Shown one piece after another: positions 42,946 to 52,416 of a DNA stretch of 57,729 nucleotides (the first letter of the stretch is position 1; each line of letters begins with the position of its first letter). A program made the position numbers and the translations under genes. A model generated the notes under the pieces. It did not search any database. It was not told the origin of the DNA and was given only the letters and a program-made list of their open reading frames with translations. The stretch comes from a virus (Duplodnaviria > Caudoviricetes). Where the stretch lies: IMG/VR virus record IMGVR_UViG_3300042465_001383, positions 1 through 57,729 of that record; one strand, 5' to 3'.

Positions 42946-43330
42946 CATAAGGGTCTACGGCGACCTGAACTACCGTGGGGCCTGCCCAAAGGAAGCTTTG
43001 GAGCAGGTCACATTTTTTAACCGCCTCCGCCGCGAATATCCCGACACGCTTGGGATCATCGCGTTCCACGTCCGCAACGAGGGCAAGAGGACGCATCTGG
43101 AGGCCGCCACGCACAAGGCCGAGGGCATGACCGCAGGCGCACCCGACATCCTCATCCCTGGCGCTCCGGCCTTCGTCTGTGAGCTTAAGCGCCGCGACCA
43201 CACCCAGTCGGAGCTTCGCACAGCGCAGCTTACCTATCTGAGGGCCGCACAGGACGCTGGGTGCTTCGTTTGCGTGGCGCTGGGGGTAGACGCCGCGTGG
43301 GAGGCACTTCATGCCTATATGGCGCGGTAG
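42929..43330 (+). CDS. VRR-NUC nuclease (Holliday junction resolvase-like)
   Basis: E..Q, H..NEG, G...G.PD, ELK, Q motifs. Confidence 0.85.
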   Translation: MNLPNDIRVYGDLNYRGACPKEALEQVTFFNRLRREYPDTLGIIAFHVRNEGKRTHLEAATHKAEGMTAGAPDILIPGAPAFVCELKRRDHTQSELRTAQLTYLRAAQDAGCFVCVALGVDAAWEALHAYMAR

Positions 43331-43550
43331 GCGGCCCAGCGACCGTATCCAAGCCGTGCTGATGGGTAAGGTGGCGCTGGAGAGCGAAGACGCTGGCATC
43401 CAGTCCGTGTGCAGCAAATACATTTTCGATGGCGCAACGGCGGTTCTCAAGCTAAAGACCAAAGAGGCGCGCCGTGCGGCGCTGGACAAGGCACCCGCCC
43501 TGATCCGGCCCCACCTTGAGCGCGAAGTTATGAGGTTATTCCGCCGATGA
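43311..43550 (+). CDS. Hypothetical protein
   Basis: GGGAGG SD. Confidence 0.6.
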   Translation: MPIWRGRRPSDRIQAVLMGKVALESEDAGIQSVCSKYIFDGATAVLKLKTKEARRAALDKAPALIRPHLEREVMRLFRR

Positions 43551-43789
43551 GGTTCTTGATTACGCTGAACATGCCATCCCGCAAGGGCGAACTGGTCCAC
43601 CAAGTGATCTGCGAATACCCTGTCAGCAGCATCGAAGAACTTTTGGAAGACCTGAACGAACGCGATTTCATCATCGCTGAAGAGTTCTACCGCAAGTCAG
43701 ACAACGCGGGCTTCTATTCTGTTGGCATGGTTCTGCTGAACACCATGCACATCGGCAAGATCAAGGCCGAGGTTAGCCGCGACAGTTAA
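43547..43789 (+). CDS. Hypothetical protein
   Basis: ATGA coupling; stop overlaps the convergent gene. Confidence 0.65.
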   Translation: MRFLITLNMPSRKGELVHQVICEYPVSSIEELLEDLNERDFIIAEEFYRKSDNAGFYSVGMVLLNTMHIGKIKAEVSRDS

Positions 43790-44850
43790 GCGACAACGCT
43801 GCCGTAGATGGTGCCAGAGTTTGTCACAGTCACGGTGCTGCCGTTCTTGGTGATAGCCGCGCCGCCTGCGCCGCCAGTTGCGCCGTTCGGGCCAGCGCCA
43901 CCCGCAGCACCCCAACCACCGCCACCACCGCCACCACCACCAGTTCCGCCAGCGGCCCCTGCGCTACCGCCACTTCCAGCAGTTTCACTATCGCTTGCAC
44001 CAGCGCCGCCAGAACCAGGTAGGATACGCCCGCCGCCAGCACCAGAGCTACCACCGTTTCTTGTGGATGATGTGCCGTCATTGCGCCATGTACCACCACC
44101 ACCGCCAGAACCACCACCAGAAGACCCGTTACAGTTGTAACCAGAACCGCCGCCGCCAGATGCGCCGATGCCGCCGCCATAGCCTGGGGAACCCATGACT
44201 GTAGCGCCACCAAAGGCCATTGCGCGGGCTTGTAGCGTTTGACCCCCAGAACCGCCCCCTGCGCCCCCGCCACCACCGCCGTACATTTCGCCGTAGTTAT
44301 TCATACCGCCGCCGCCACCGCCACCACCAGCTATGTAAGCGCCGGAGTTGTTCACGACCGACATTGGTGCTGTTGTGGACGAGTTTGTGATGGACAGGGC
44401 TGGGCCACCAGCGCCGCCATTAAATGTAGAATAAACACCACCAGCGCCGCCAGCACCCATGATCGCGCCGTTGTTCACGATGGTGAAGCCGAGAGGGTAA
44501 GACCCGTTGATGGTTAGTCCAGCGACCCCTGTAGATGTGGCATAAGCAGTGACGCCAGCGTCAATGGTCACTTGAAAGAACCGATTGCCGTCCCAGCCAG
44601 CGTTCGTCAGAAGCGCGGCCACATCAACGTTGGTCGAGTTGGACGATATGGTAACGATGAAACTCTTGTTTGCACCGTAGAAGTTGCTCAGAGAAATGGC
44701 ACCAGAGGTTGGCACGTTTGTGTTGTTGGCGGTGACGTAGGGGCCACCACGGTAGTATTCGGACATGTTGATAGGGTTTGCCCCCCCGAACTCCGTTTGG
44801 ACTTCAGCAAGGGTAATTGGCGCACCATTTCCGCCCGATGGTAGTGTCAT
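43786..44850 (-). CDS. Glycine-rich tail-tip adhesin-like protein
   Basis: LP..G.I.L..VQ.EFGG.NPI.MSEYY N-terminus; N.G.I.GGGGGG polyglycine repeats. Confidence 0.75.
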   Translation of the reverse strand: MTLPSGGNGAPITLAEVQTEFGGANPINMSEYYRGGPYVTANNTNVPTSGAISLSNFYGANKSFIVTISSNSTNVDVAALLTNAGWDGNRFFQVTIDAGVTAYATSTGVAGLTINGSYPLGFTIVNNGAIMGAGGAGGVYSTFNGGAGGPALSITNSSTTAPMSVVNNSGAYIAGGGGGGGGMNNYGEMYGGGGGGAGGGSGGQTLQARAMAFGGATVMGSPGYGGGIGASGGGGSGYNCNGSSGGGSGGGGGTWRNDGTSSTRNGGSSGAGGGRILPGSGGAGASDSETAGSGGSAGAAGGTGGGGGGGGGWGAAGGAGPNGATGGAGGAAITKNGSTVTVTNSGTIYGSVVA

Positions 44851-45392
44851 TACGGCGCTCCATATGCCGTGACATCACCAGCGGCAATAAAGGCCCCATC
44901 GCTTTGCAGGCGGAACTTGGCCACCCCATTGTAAGAGAACGTCAGGTTTGTGCCGCTGGAGGTGATTGTCCAGCTTTGGGTGCCACCGCCAACAATGATC
45001 GGGCTGACCAAGGCGTTCTCAAAGTAGATATTGGTTCCGTTTGAGTACGCGGTGACGTTTGCGCCTGACGGGACCACGACCGAGGTTCCGGCGGCTGCCG
45101 TGCGGAAGGTCAGCGTGAATGCACCCGTGGTCTGGTTGATAAGCAGCCACTGACCGCCAACGCCCGATGGCACTTGGTAGATCAGGTTTGCGCCAATCGT
45201 CCCCGTGAACACGATGGTCATGTTCTGATAGTCCGCTTCGGCAAGGGTTATTGTCCCCGTCAGGGCCGTGACGTTTTTGGACACTGTGCCGCCGAACGCC
45301 TTGTCGATGATGTCAAAGTTGGCGTTCAGGGGCGTGTCCCAGTTCAGGGAGCCGTTGGCGGGGTCTGTAAGGCCCTTGTTTGTCGTGGTCAT
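44850..45392 (-). CDS. Tail protein
   Basis: T.NKGL..P..G...W..P.N.NF..ID; C-terminal F.A.GDVTAY. Confidence 0.7.
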   Translation of the reverse strand: MTTTNKGLTDPANGSLNWDTPLNANFDIIDKAFGGTVSKNVTALTGTITLAEADYQNMTIVFTGTIGANLIYQVPSGVGGQWLLINQTTGAFTLTFRTAAAGTSVVVPSGANVTAYSNGTNIYFENALVSPIIVGGGTQSWTITSSGTNLTFSYNGVAKFRLQSDGAFIAAGDVTAYGAP

Positions 45393-47344
45393 CAGATGCT
45401 CCTGTTCGCAACTTCTAGGGCGTGGGCCACCGCGTCATCGGTTTGGTTCAGCAGCGGTTCGGTTTCGGCGCTCCAGCCCTTCTTAGCACGTTCTGCGGCC
45501 CGCACCAACTGGTCTGCGTCCGCATCATGCGAAGACACGCGGCCACCCGACTTGCGGCCTTGGCGGTTATCCTCAAGGGCAGAACCAACTTGAGATGCAA
45601 CGTTGGTCATCACAGGTGGTGCCAAAAGATCAGCAGCCCCACGCGCCTTTGTGTTGACGGCCCGCTCCGCACGACCCAAGGCATATTGCGACAATCCACC
45701 AAGCTTTGGCGATGCCAGCAAGGCAGGTGGGACAGCAGCTAACGCAGCAGCGGGGTGGTAACCCATAGCAAGTCCAATACCGCCAAGGCCACCCAACCCA
45801 GCAACAAGGTTATGAATGCGGTCGCTGCTATAAGTTTTCATGGCATCTCCGGCAAGAGAATACCGAAGGTTTTCCCCACTGGGGGTTCCCTCAAGACGAT
45901 TGAACATCTCGTTTCCACTTTTAGAAGAAAACGCCCTTGCAAGTTTCCGTGTCCGCGCAACGTCAGACATGGCCTTGGTGCCAAACTCCTTCCTGACGTT
46001 GTTAAGCTGACGCTTCCATTCAGACCACCCCCTCATCATTTTGCCATAGGCAGGATCGGTGAATGCCATCGCATCAACAAGTTCACCAGACATAGCCTGC
46101 ACACGGCTTCTCAAAGCTGGATCAGCAATTCTTTTGGCAATTTTGTCGATGTTCTTTTTTACCACATCCAGTTCTTGAATGGTATTTGCATTGCCCGAAG
46201 GATGGGTCAGCACGTTGTCAATCTGGTCTAACGCCGCTCTTGCTTCCTTCATATCATCAGGCGCATACGCCACGGGTGCTTGCAGAACCCCTTGCGGGGT
46301 AATCATGTCTTCAACCACATTTCTGGCGGCTGTTGGGTCTTCCATGTCAACAGGTTCTGTGCGGGCAAAAGCTGTTTTTCTGTCCGTCATATAAGAATTG
46401 CTGGCCTTTTCAGCCATGTTGTCAATGGAACCTTCCAAGGCATCAATTGCTTCCCCAGAAAAGTTTGGGTTTCCCTTGATCGAAGACATGAAAGCTTCAA
46501 TTTTCTTAGGGTCGCCACTTAGCGCCGCTTGTCGTGCAGTGTTGAGAATTTTCAAGGGAATGCCGCTAAATGCGTTTTGCCCAAGCATCAAGCCGTAAGG
46601 GACAACCTTGCCCACCGTGGATGCTGCCTTGCCTGTAAGGTTCATGGCAGCCTGAACTGGGTCAAGGTTTTCAGCAAACTTGGCAACCTTGCCTGCCTTG
46701 CTGGCCTTGTCCAGCAACCCAAGCTTTGTCGCACTGCCAGCACCAAGGGACGCCACCGAGGCAACATCGGTCAAATAAGACGCTGGGTCTTCAGCAAGGT
46801 GTTTCCAGAACTCGCCTTCTTCACCACCGCCATAGCGACCACTATAGGATTGCAACAAGGCATTAGCCATAGCCTCGCGTTCTGCCTTCTTGGCGGGATC
46901 AAGCACAGGGCCATAGCCAATAGCTTCCCCAGCCGTGTCCAACGCTTTAGACCCCAAGCCTTGACCGATCTGGCCGATTGCAGATGCAGTTTCAACGGGA
47001 TGGATGATGGCATTCCCCATGCCCTTCAGAGCCTCAATGGAGCTTGGCACCAAGTTTTCGCCAACCTTGGGAAGATATTCGCCCCACGACATTTTGGCAT
47101 AATCCGCCGCTGGGATTTCACCCTGCGGTGCGCGGCCATTGCTTAGGTTCTCCAACATGGCATTTCCATAGGCAACGGCGCGGTTTGGCGCTCCGCCACT
47201 TGTATCTTGGGTTGCCATTCTTTCTTTGATCTTGGCTGCGCGTTCAGCAAAGCTTCCGCCCAGAGGCGCTGGGGTTTGGTCACCAGTTGGAGCGCCAGAA
47301 CCTTCGCTACCAAAGGTCTTAAACGTGATGCCTTCGCCTGCCAT
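45392..47344 (-). CDS. Internal virion / DNA ejection protein
   Basis: Large, Ala/Gly-rich and helical; downstream of nozzle; C-terminal RKSGGRV. Confidence 0.65.
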   Translation of the reverse strand: MAGEGITFKTFGSEGSGAPTGDQTPAPLGGSFAERAAKIKERMATQDTSGGAPNRAVAYGNAMLENLSNGRAPQGEIPAADYAKMSWGEYLPKVGENLVPSSIEALKGMGNAIIHPVETASAIGQIGQGLGSKALDTAGEAIGYGPVLDPAKKAEREAMANALLQSYSGRYGGGEEGEFWKHLAEDPASYLTDVASVASLGAGSATKLGLLDKASKAGKVAKFAENLDPVQAAMNLTGKAASTVGKVVPYGLMLGQNAFSGIPLKILNTARQAALSGDPKKIEAFMSSIKGNPNFSGEAIDALEGSIDNMAEKASNSYMTDRKTAFARTEPVDMEDPTAARNVVEDMITPQGVLQAPVAYAPDDMKEARAALDQIDNVLTHPSGNANTIQELDVVKKNIDKIAKRIADPALRSRVQAMSGELVDAMAFTDPAYGKMMRGWSEWKRQLNNVRKEFGTKAMSDVARTRKLARAFSSKSGNEMFNRLEGTPSGENLRYSLAGDAMKTYSSDRIHNLVAGLGGLGGIGLAMGYHPAAALAAVPPALLASPKLGGLSQYALGRAERAVNTKARGAADLLAPPVMTNVASQVGSALEDNRQGRKSGGRVSSHDADADQLVRAAERAKKGWSAETEPLLNQTDDAVAHALEVANRSI

Positions 47345-47358
47345 GATCAAGACCTTTC

Positions 47359-50300
47359 TTATTGAACGAAGTAACGGCCAAGGCCGCTTGAGACATTGTG
47401 CTGGCCAGGCAGAATGGTGAAGATTGCTTCAAGGGCAGCTTGTGCATCCGCCTGATCCTTGAAGGCACCTTTGTTTGCGCTGTCAAAGAAATCAACAACA
47501 AGTTGCTTCACTTCTGCATCAGCTTCTGCGTCTCCGGCGTACTTCAAGAGTTCAGCAATGTTTGCTTTTTCACCCTGATAAATGTTACCAGCTTGCTTGT
47601 TGAACAAAGCATCCGCACCAGTCAAATCCTTAACCACACCTTTTTGAGCGCGATAAAGGTCGTTGATATATTGGCCTTTTTCGTATGCCAACATGTTCCG
47701 TGTCAGCATCTCTGCTGTTATCTCAGCGGCAGCGGTTGCGTTTGAAGTGATGTCTGGGAAGATGTTCTTGTTTTGCAGGTACAGTGAAGCCGCCGCCGTG
47801 TCTGCGGTCATCTGGTCTGCGCTAAGGGACGAAAGTTTGTTTAGCAGCGCCTGAGATGTCGCTGCGCTTCCATCGTACTGGATACCAAACGTGCCAGCCA
47901 ATTGGGAGGCAAGACCTTCGTAGGTTGATATGACGCCGCCTAGTGGACCCAGATCATTGGCTGCCGCTGCCTTGGCAACTGTTGCCGCCAGTTCGTTCGT
48001 ATTTCTGAAGGCAAGGCTTGATGACGCCGTGCCAGCGTCTGCCGCAGCACGAGATGCTTCGGCCCGCTCAATAGCGGCTTGCCTTTCAATCTGGTTCATA
48101 GGCATACGCGACCTTGTGTCTGCTTGAGCAATGTAAGCTTGTTCGGCATCGCCTATGGGGAAGGTTCCAAAACTTTCATACGGCGAAACCACTTGAGGAA
48201 TTGGTAGGCCAGCATCTGGAAGTGGTGACGTAGTGATTTCAGGCGCTGGCGGAATTGGTCGCGCCACAGGGCCTTGATCCGGCGGCAATGTTGCGCCAGA
48301 CAATATTTCCTCTGGTGTTGCCGTTGTAAGATCAACGCCCCTGCTTGCTGCGCCACCCACAATGCTACGGACCACTTCATCCATAGCAACCCCACCCATT
48401 GCAGGCCCTGCCGGATTAACCATAAAATCAGCAAGATTTTGAACACTGCCATTTTCAAGCGGGATAAGAGACATTCCAAGGTTCTGATCATAGTATATCG
48501 AGTTCTTGAGGAACTGGAGGGCTTCGGTTGTTGTTTGCGCCTTGGTAAGCCCAATGTCAGCAGCTTGCTTCTGTAGGCCCTTATAGGCTTCTGCGCCGCC
48601 ACCGATGCCAGACAGGATGCCACCTAGCGGAGAAATTGTTTGGGCTTCAGCCGCCTTGCCAACTCCCATCAGCACTGACAACAACGCATTCTGGTTCATA
48701 GAGCCATCACGGTTATAGAAGAACTTTCCAAGGAAGTTACGGTCTTCGTAGGGCTTGACGCCGCCAGTGTAATCCTGCGCGTCCATAGTGGAAATCTGCG
48801 TGTTCAGGTTGTCGCCGCCAGCTACGCCAGACGACAGCCCGTGGGTAACAGGCATTGCCTCAAGGTCAGCAGGAGATAGTCCGCCAGCCGCAGCCAGCCT
48901 TTCAAAACGTGGGCCACGGGCCTGCATGATGCCGTAGGTACCGTAGCCGCCACCAAGGGTGTTGCGCGCGTTGGGATTAATGCCCTCGCCAGCTTCGACG
49001 TTGAAACGACCGATCATGCCAGCAATCTGGGTGTCGTCATTCCAGCCTTTTTCCTTGTAGTGGTTATACAGCGCCAGTTCGTTGGGCATCAAACCTTCGC
49101 CGCCGTTTTGGATGGCGGTATAGACGCGGTTTGCGTGTTGGATAGACGCAGCGTCCCCAACACCTTTGCCCGCCATTTCATAATAATCGTTAGCCCCAAC
49201 CGCAGCTTCGGCTGGCGTGTTGTACTTGCGGGACGTGTAGTTTTTGAACTCTGGTTCTGACATGCCATAATTCGCTTGCGTAAGAAGCGGTATGCCACGG
49301 TTTGGCTGTTGATCAGGACGGAGACGCGGGATCACGCCATTTGATGTGGTCGTGGGTGGCGTTACGGCGGGCGTGGTTGCCCCAGCACCAACACCACCAG
49401 CGGGCGCTTCGGCGCTAACTGGAACAACCATAGGGTCATTTGAAGTGCGGCCCCGAAGCTCCAACTTACGGGTAATGGGGTTCATAACAAGCCCACTGGG
49501 TACACCTCCACTCAGCGCATACCCATGCCGCTGATCAATCGCGCCGCCACGGGCAGCGCCCATAGCCATCGTGATCATCTTGATGATTTCTTCTGTGCCT
49601 TTTCCTTGGCTTTGCTCTGGCGGATCGGCAATCATCAACTGGCCAACGGGAAGGTCGGCAGCGGGGACGTAACCTGCGCCGCCAATGCCGCTCTGCGTGT
49701 AGGTGCGCGGCCCAGCAACACCGCCGCCGTCCGCATAACCCTCAACGGCACCGCCAGACGCAAAGCCCAGCCAGTTGCGCGGGGTCTGGGTCGTGGTGGT
49801 GCTGCCCGAAGCCGCGCCAGTTCCCATTGCAATGTTGGCAAGGAATTGTGCCGTCTGGAATGGGTAACCCTTTTCTTGCATGAACTGGTTGATCATGGCG
49901 TCTTTGCTGGCCTGTTCGGTCTGCTGTTGCATGGTGCCAGCCGCGATCTTGGCCTGTGCGCCCTGTAGGCCCAACTGTTGAGACTGAGCGCCAAGTTGGG
50001 CCAACTGCGACCCGCCCTGCAACTGGCGCGCCAGATCGGCCTGAGAGGCCCCAAGAGCCTGCGTGTAGCCTTGGTTCATAATGTCGGCCATCGTCTTGCC
50101 GTAAGCCATTTGGTTCTGCTGTTGCAGGTTGGCTGCGGCAATGCCCGCGCGATCACCACCGAAGGCCCCAGACGAAATGGCGTTGCCAAGCGCGCCGGAC
50201 TGGGCTTGCTCTTGCTGCTGGCGCAGGTATGCCCCAGTGGTGTCTGCCACGTTTTTGATATAGGGCGACATGTAGTTGTCGATGCCCTCGTAGGCAGGCC

Positions 50301-50553
50301 CCAAGCCTGCCTGCGTGGCTTCCGTGGCTTGGGTCATGTACGGCAGATAAGACCCAGCCGTGGCGTTGATGTCGTTGAAGCCAGCGTACTGTTGGGCGTT
50401 CAGTTGGGCGACATAATCTGACGCAGTCTTGCCAAACGCCTCGTATGGCGTGGCGGCAGCGGTTTCCGCCCGCTTGTTGACAGCGTTGTAACGTTCCAAA
50501 ACCTCTGGCGGGATGGTAACCTTAGAGGTCGTTGTTGCCTTCTTGCCGCCCAT
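47359..50553 (-). CDS. Internal virion / ejection protein with lysozyme-like domain
   Basis: MGGK..TTT start, YM.PY...V, AFGG.R, Gln-rich; AG..G....E.G..NP.A...GI.Q..G.R motif. Confidence 0.75.
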   Translation of the reverse strand: MGGKKATTTSKVTIPPEVLERYNAVNKRAETAAATPYEAFGKTASDYVAQLNAQQYAGFNDINATAGSYLPYMTQATEATQAGLGPAYEGIDNYMSPYIKNVADTTGAYLRQQQEQAQSGALGNAISSGAFGGDRAGIAAANLQQQNQMAYGKTMADIMNQGYTQALGASQADLARQLQGGSQLAQLGAQSQQLGLQGAQAKIAAGTMQQQTEQASKDAMINQFMQEKGYPFQTAQFLANIAMGTGAASGSTTTTQTPRNWLGFASGGAVEGYADGGGVAGPRTYTQSGIGGAGYVPAADLPVGQLMIADPPEQSQGKGTEEIIKMITMAMGAARGGAIDQRHGYALSGGVPSGLVMNPITRKLELRGRTSNDPMVVPVSAEAPAGGVGAGATTPAVTPPTTTSNGVIPRLRPDQQPNRGIPLLTQANYGMSEPEFKNYTSRKYNTPAEAAVGANDYYEMAGKGVGDAASIQHANRVYTAIQNGGEGLMPNELALYNHYKEKGWNDDTQIAGMIGRFNVEAGEGINPNARNTLGGGYGTYGIMQARGPRFERLAAAGGLSPADLEAMPVTHGLSSGVAGGDNLNTQISTMDAQDYTGGVKPYEDRNFLGKFFYNRDGSMNQNALLSVLMGVGKAAEAQTISPLGGILSGIGGGAEAYKGLQKQAADIGLTKAQTTTEALQFLKNSIYYDQNLGMSLIPLENGSVQNLADFMVNPAGPAMGGVAMDEVVRSIVGGAASRGVDLTTATPEEILSGATLPPDQGPVARPIPPAPEITTSPLPDAGLPIPQVVSPYESFGTFPIGDAEQAYIAQADTRSRMPMNQIERQAAIERAEASRAAADAGTASSSLAFRNTNELAATVAKAAAANDLGPLGGVISTYEGLASQLAGTFGIQYDGSAATSQALLNKLSSLSADQMTADTAAASLYLQNKNIFPDITSNATAAAEITAEMLTRNMLAYEKGQYINDLYRAQKGVVKDLTGADALFNKQAGNIYQGEKANIAELLKYAGDAEADAEVKQLVVDFFDSANKGAFKDQADAQAALEAIFTILPGQHNVSSGLGRYFVQ

Positions 50554-50558
50554 TCCGT

Positions 50559-51041
50559 TTATCCTTCAGTCAGGCCCGTTTTGGCGTTGTACAGGAAGTA
50601 GACCCCAGCCGGAGCGCCGAACACACGTTCGTAGAGACGGATTTTCGCCTCAGTCCTTGTGTTCGACAATACCCCAATTGCCAGAGGAATACCAAGTTTT
50701 TCTGAAACGGTCTTCGCCCACTCCGCAAGCTTGCGGGCGCGACCGCCTTTTGCCGACCGAAATTCTGGCGCGACATAGATTGCCTTCTCGTCCAAGATGT
50801 TCTCGTGGCTATACCACATGGACCCGATCCTCAAGATAATCATGGCCTCCAGTGGTTCGCCCGCATCGCCCCCGATGACGCCAACCAAGCCCATCTGCTT
50901 GGTAAGCGCCGCATATATGTGGTTCTGCAACATTGGAATGTCCGGCTCCACGAAGGCATTTTCGCGGGTGGCGTCGATGGACATACGCATCACTTCGTTG
51001 AAGTCTTCAGCAATCCCCTCGCGGACGTAGATTTGGGTCAT
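50559..51041 (-). CDS. GNAT-family acetyltransferase-like protein
   Basis: YV.PEFR...G.A.KL..WA; RLYER. Confidence 0.75.
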   Translation of the reverse strand: MTQIYVREGIAEDFNEVMRMSIDATRENAFVEPDIPMLQNHIYAALTKQMGLVGVIGGDAGEPLEAMIILRIGSMWYSHENILDEKAIYVAPEFRSAKGGRARKLAEWAKTVSEKLGIPLAIGVLSNTRTEAKIRLYERVFGAPAGVYFLYNAKTGLTEG

Positions 51042-51047
51042 TTATAC

Positions 51048-52064
51048 TTAATCCTTTTTAGGACCAGGCAAGCTTTGCAGTGTTTTGATGGTTTTCTGAC
51101 GCATCTTTTTCACGAAAGCATCCAAGACCTTGTGTCCGTGGTCCAAGTCGCCACCACCGATATGTACAACATCTTCCGGCGGAATAACATACTCCCCGCC
51201 AGCGGCCACAATTGGCACCCCATCAGTTGCACCACCAGCAGCCATTCCAAAGAAACTGCCAACTTTTGATTGACCCTGATCGTCCTTTTGAAACCCCTTG
51301 CCCGCCGTGTAGCCAGCCACTGGCCCAATGCCCATCCCAGTCCCCACAATCGCACCAAGCAAAGGCTTCATCTTGTTGAAGAAGGTACCTTGATATGGCG
51401 TTTCTGCGGGGCCTGCGGCGGTGCCAGCGGCGGGGGCCACAACGCCAGTGGTTGGACCCCTGCGCGAAGCGTTCATGCCGCCGCCGTTGAACATGTCGCC
51501 AAGGTTTGTGTAGCCAGCGCCCTTGCCGCCACCGTTGATCATGTCCCACAGGCCCGTGTAGCGGTCGGCCTGTGCGGGTGCGCTGCTGGTGGAAACCTGC
51601 GTGTTCATGTTGTTGTTGCCCCGATCTGGCGCGGCAACAGGACGGGACTGGGGACGTACCACTGGGTTAGGACGCGCCGCTGGCGCAGGATTAGCAGCCC
51701 TTCCCATATCAGCACCGCCACCACCAGTTGTTCTATTGGCTGCCTGACCACTGTCAGCGCCCCCACCACCAGCCTTGCGCGGCGCGGATACGCTGTATGG
51801 CAGGCCCTTTTCACCGTAGGGCGTACCCTTAGTGATGTTTTTGACGCTGAAGATGTCCTTGGCGATCTTGAAGCCCGCCATGCTGTTGCCTTCGCCCATC
51901 GCCGAGATGATGTCGGCGGGGATGACGTAGGAGCCAGAGGCAACGTGCATCGGCAGGTGGTCCGTGCGGCCCGCCACAGAGCTATGGATGGCACCCTTGT
52001 GGACCTTGCCCCCAGTGGCGCGGGCGGTGCGGAGGGCTGCCGCTGCGACTTGCTTTTGAGACAT
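51048..52064 (-). CDS. Virion-module protein with duplicated GG..D..P....G[ES]YVIP domain
   Basis: GRTDHLPMHVASGSYVIPADIISAMG and GGATDGVPIVAAGGEYVIPPEDV..IG; start re-called to 52064. Confidence 0.7.
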   Translation of the reverse strand: MSQKQVAAAALRTARATGGKVHKGAIHSSVAGRTDHLPMHVASGSYVIPADIISAMGEGNSMAGFKIAKDIFSVKNITKGTPYGEKGLPYSVSAPRKAGGGGADSGQAANRTTGGGGADMGRAANPAPAARPNPVVRPQSRPVAAPDRGNNNMNTQVSTSSAPAQADRYTGLWDMINGGGKGAGYTNLGDMFNGGGMNASRRGPTTGVVAPAAGTAAGPAETPYQGTFFNKMKPLLGAIVGTGMGIGPVAGYTAGKGFQKDDQGQSKVGSFFGMAAGGATDGVPIVAAGGEYVIPPEDVVHIGGGDLDHGHKVLDAFVKKMRQKTIKTLQSLPGPKKD

Positions 52065-52068
52065 CTCG

Positions 52069-52416
52069 TTATCCTTCCGAGTACGATACGACAAGGGTCA
52101 TGCCCGTGCCGGGGACCACTACCAGTCCGTTGTTGTAGGGCATGTTGATCACTGTGACGCCAAGGAGGTTATCCACAACGGCAAGGGCGTTGGTCAGGGA
52201 AGTGGCAATGTTGCTGTCGTAGATCATGGCGTCAGTCGATCCGGCCACAATCACGCTGACAGACGCCAAGCGGCCCTGCCCAGACGACACCAAGGCAGTG
52301 GCGGTTAAGGTGTTTGACCTGATGGCCCCCTGAACCTTGAGGTAAGTCTGACCCACGCCATTGATGGCGGTGACGATGTTCTTTGCGGCGGTAAGAATGT
52401 CTGAGAGCGATGACAT
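52069..52416 (-). CDS. Small virion protein
   Basis: Coupled to the nozzle gene; helical N-terminus, beta-rich C-terminus. Confidence 0.65.
   Translation of the reverse strand: MSSLSDILTAAKNIVTAINGVGQTYLKVQGAIRSNTLTATALVSSGQGRLASVSVIVAGSTDAMIYDSNIATSLTNALAVVDNLLGVTVINMPYNNGLVVVPGTGMTLVVSYSEG

Noticed and set aside
47359-50553. Tape measure protein
   Set aside because: No tail tube or tail chaperone genes; nozzle/adaptor context indicates an ejection protein
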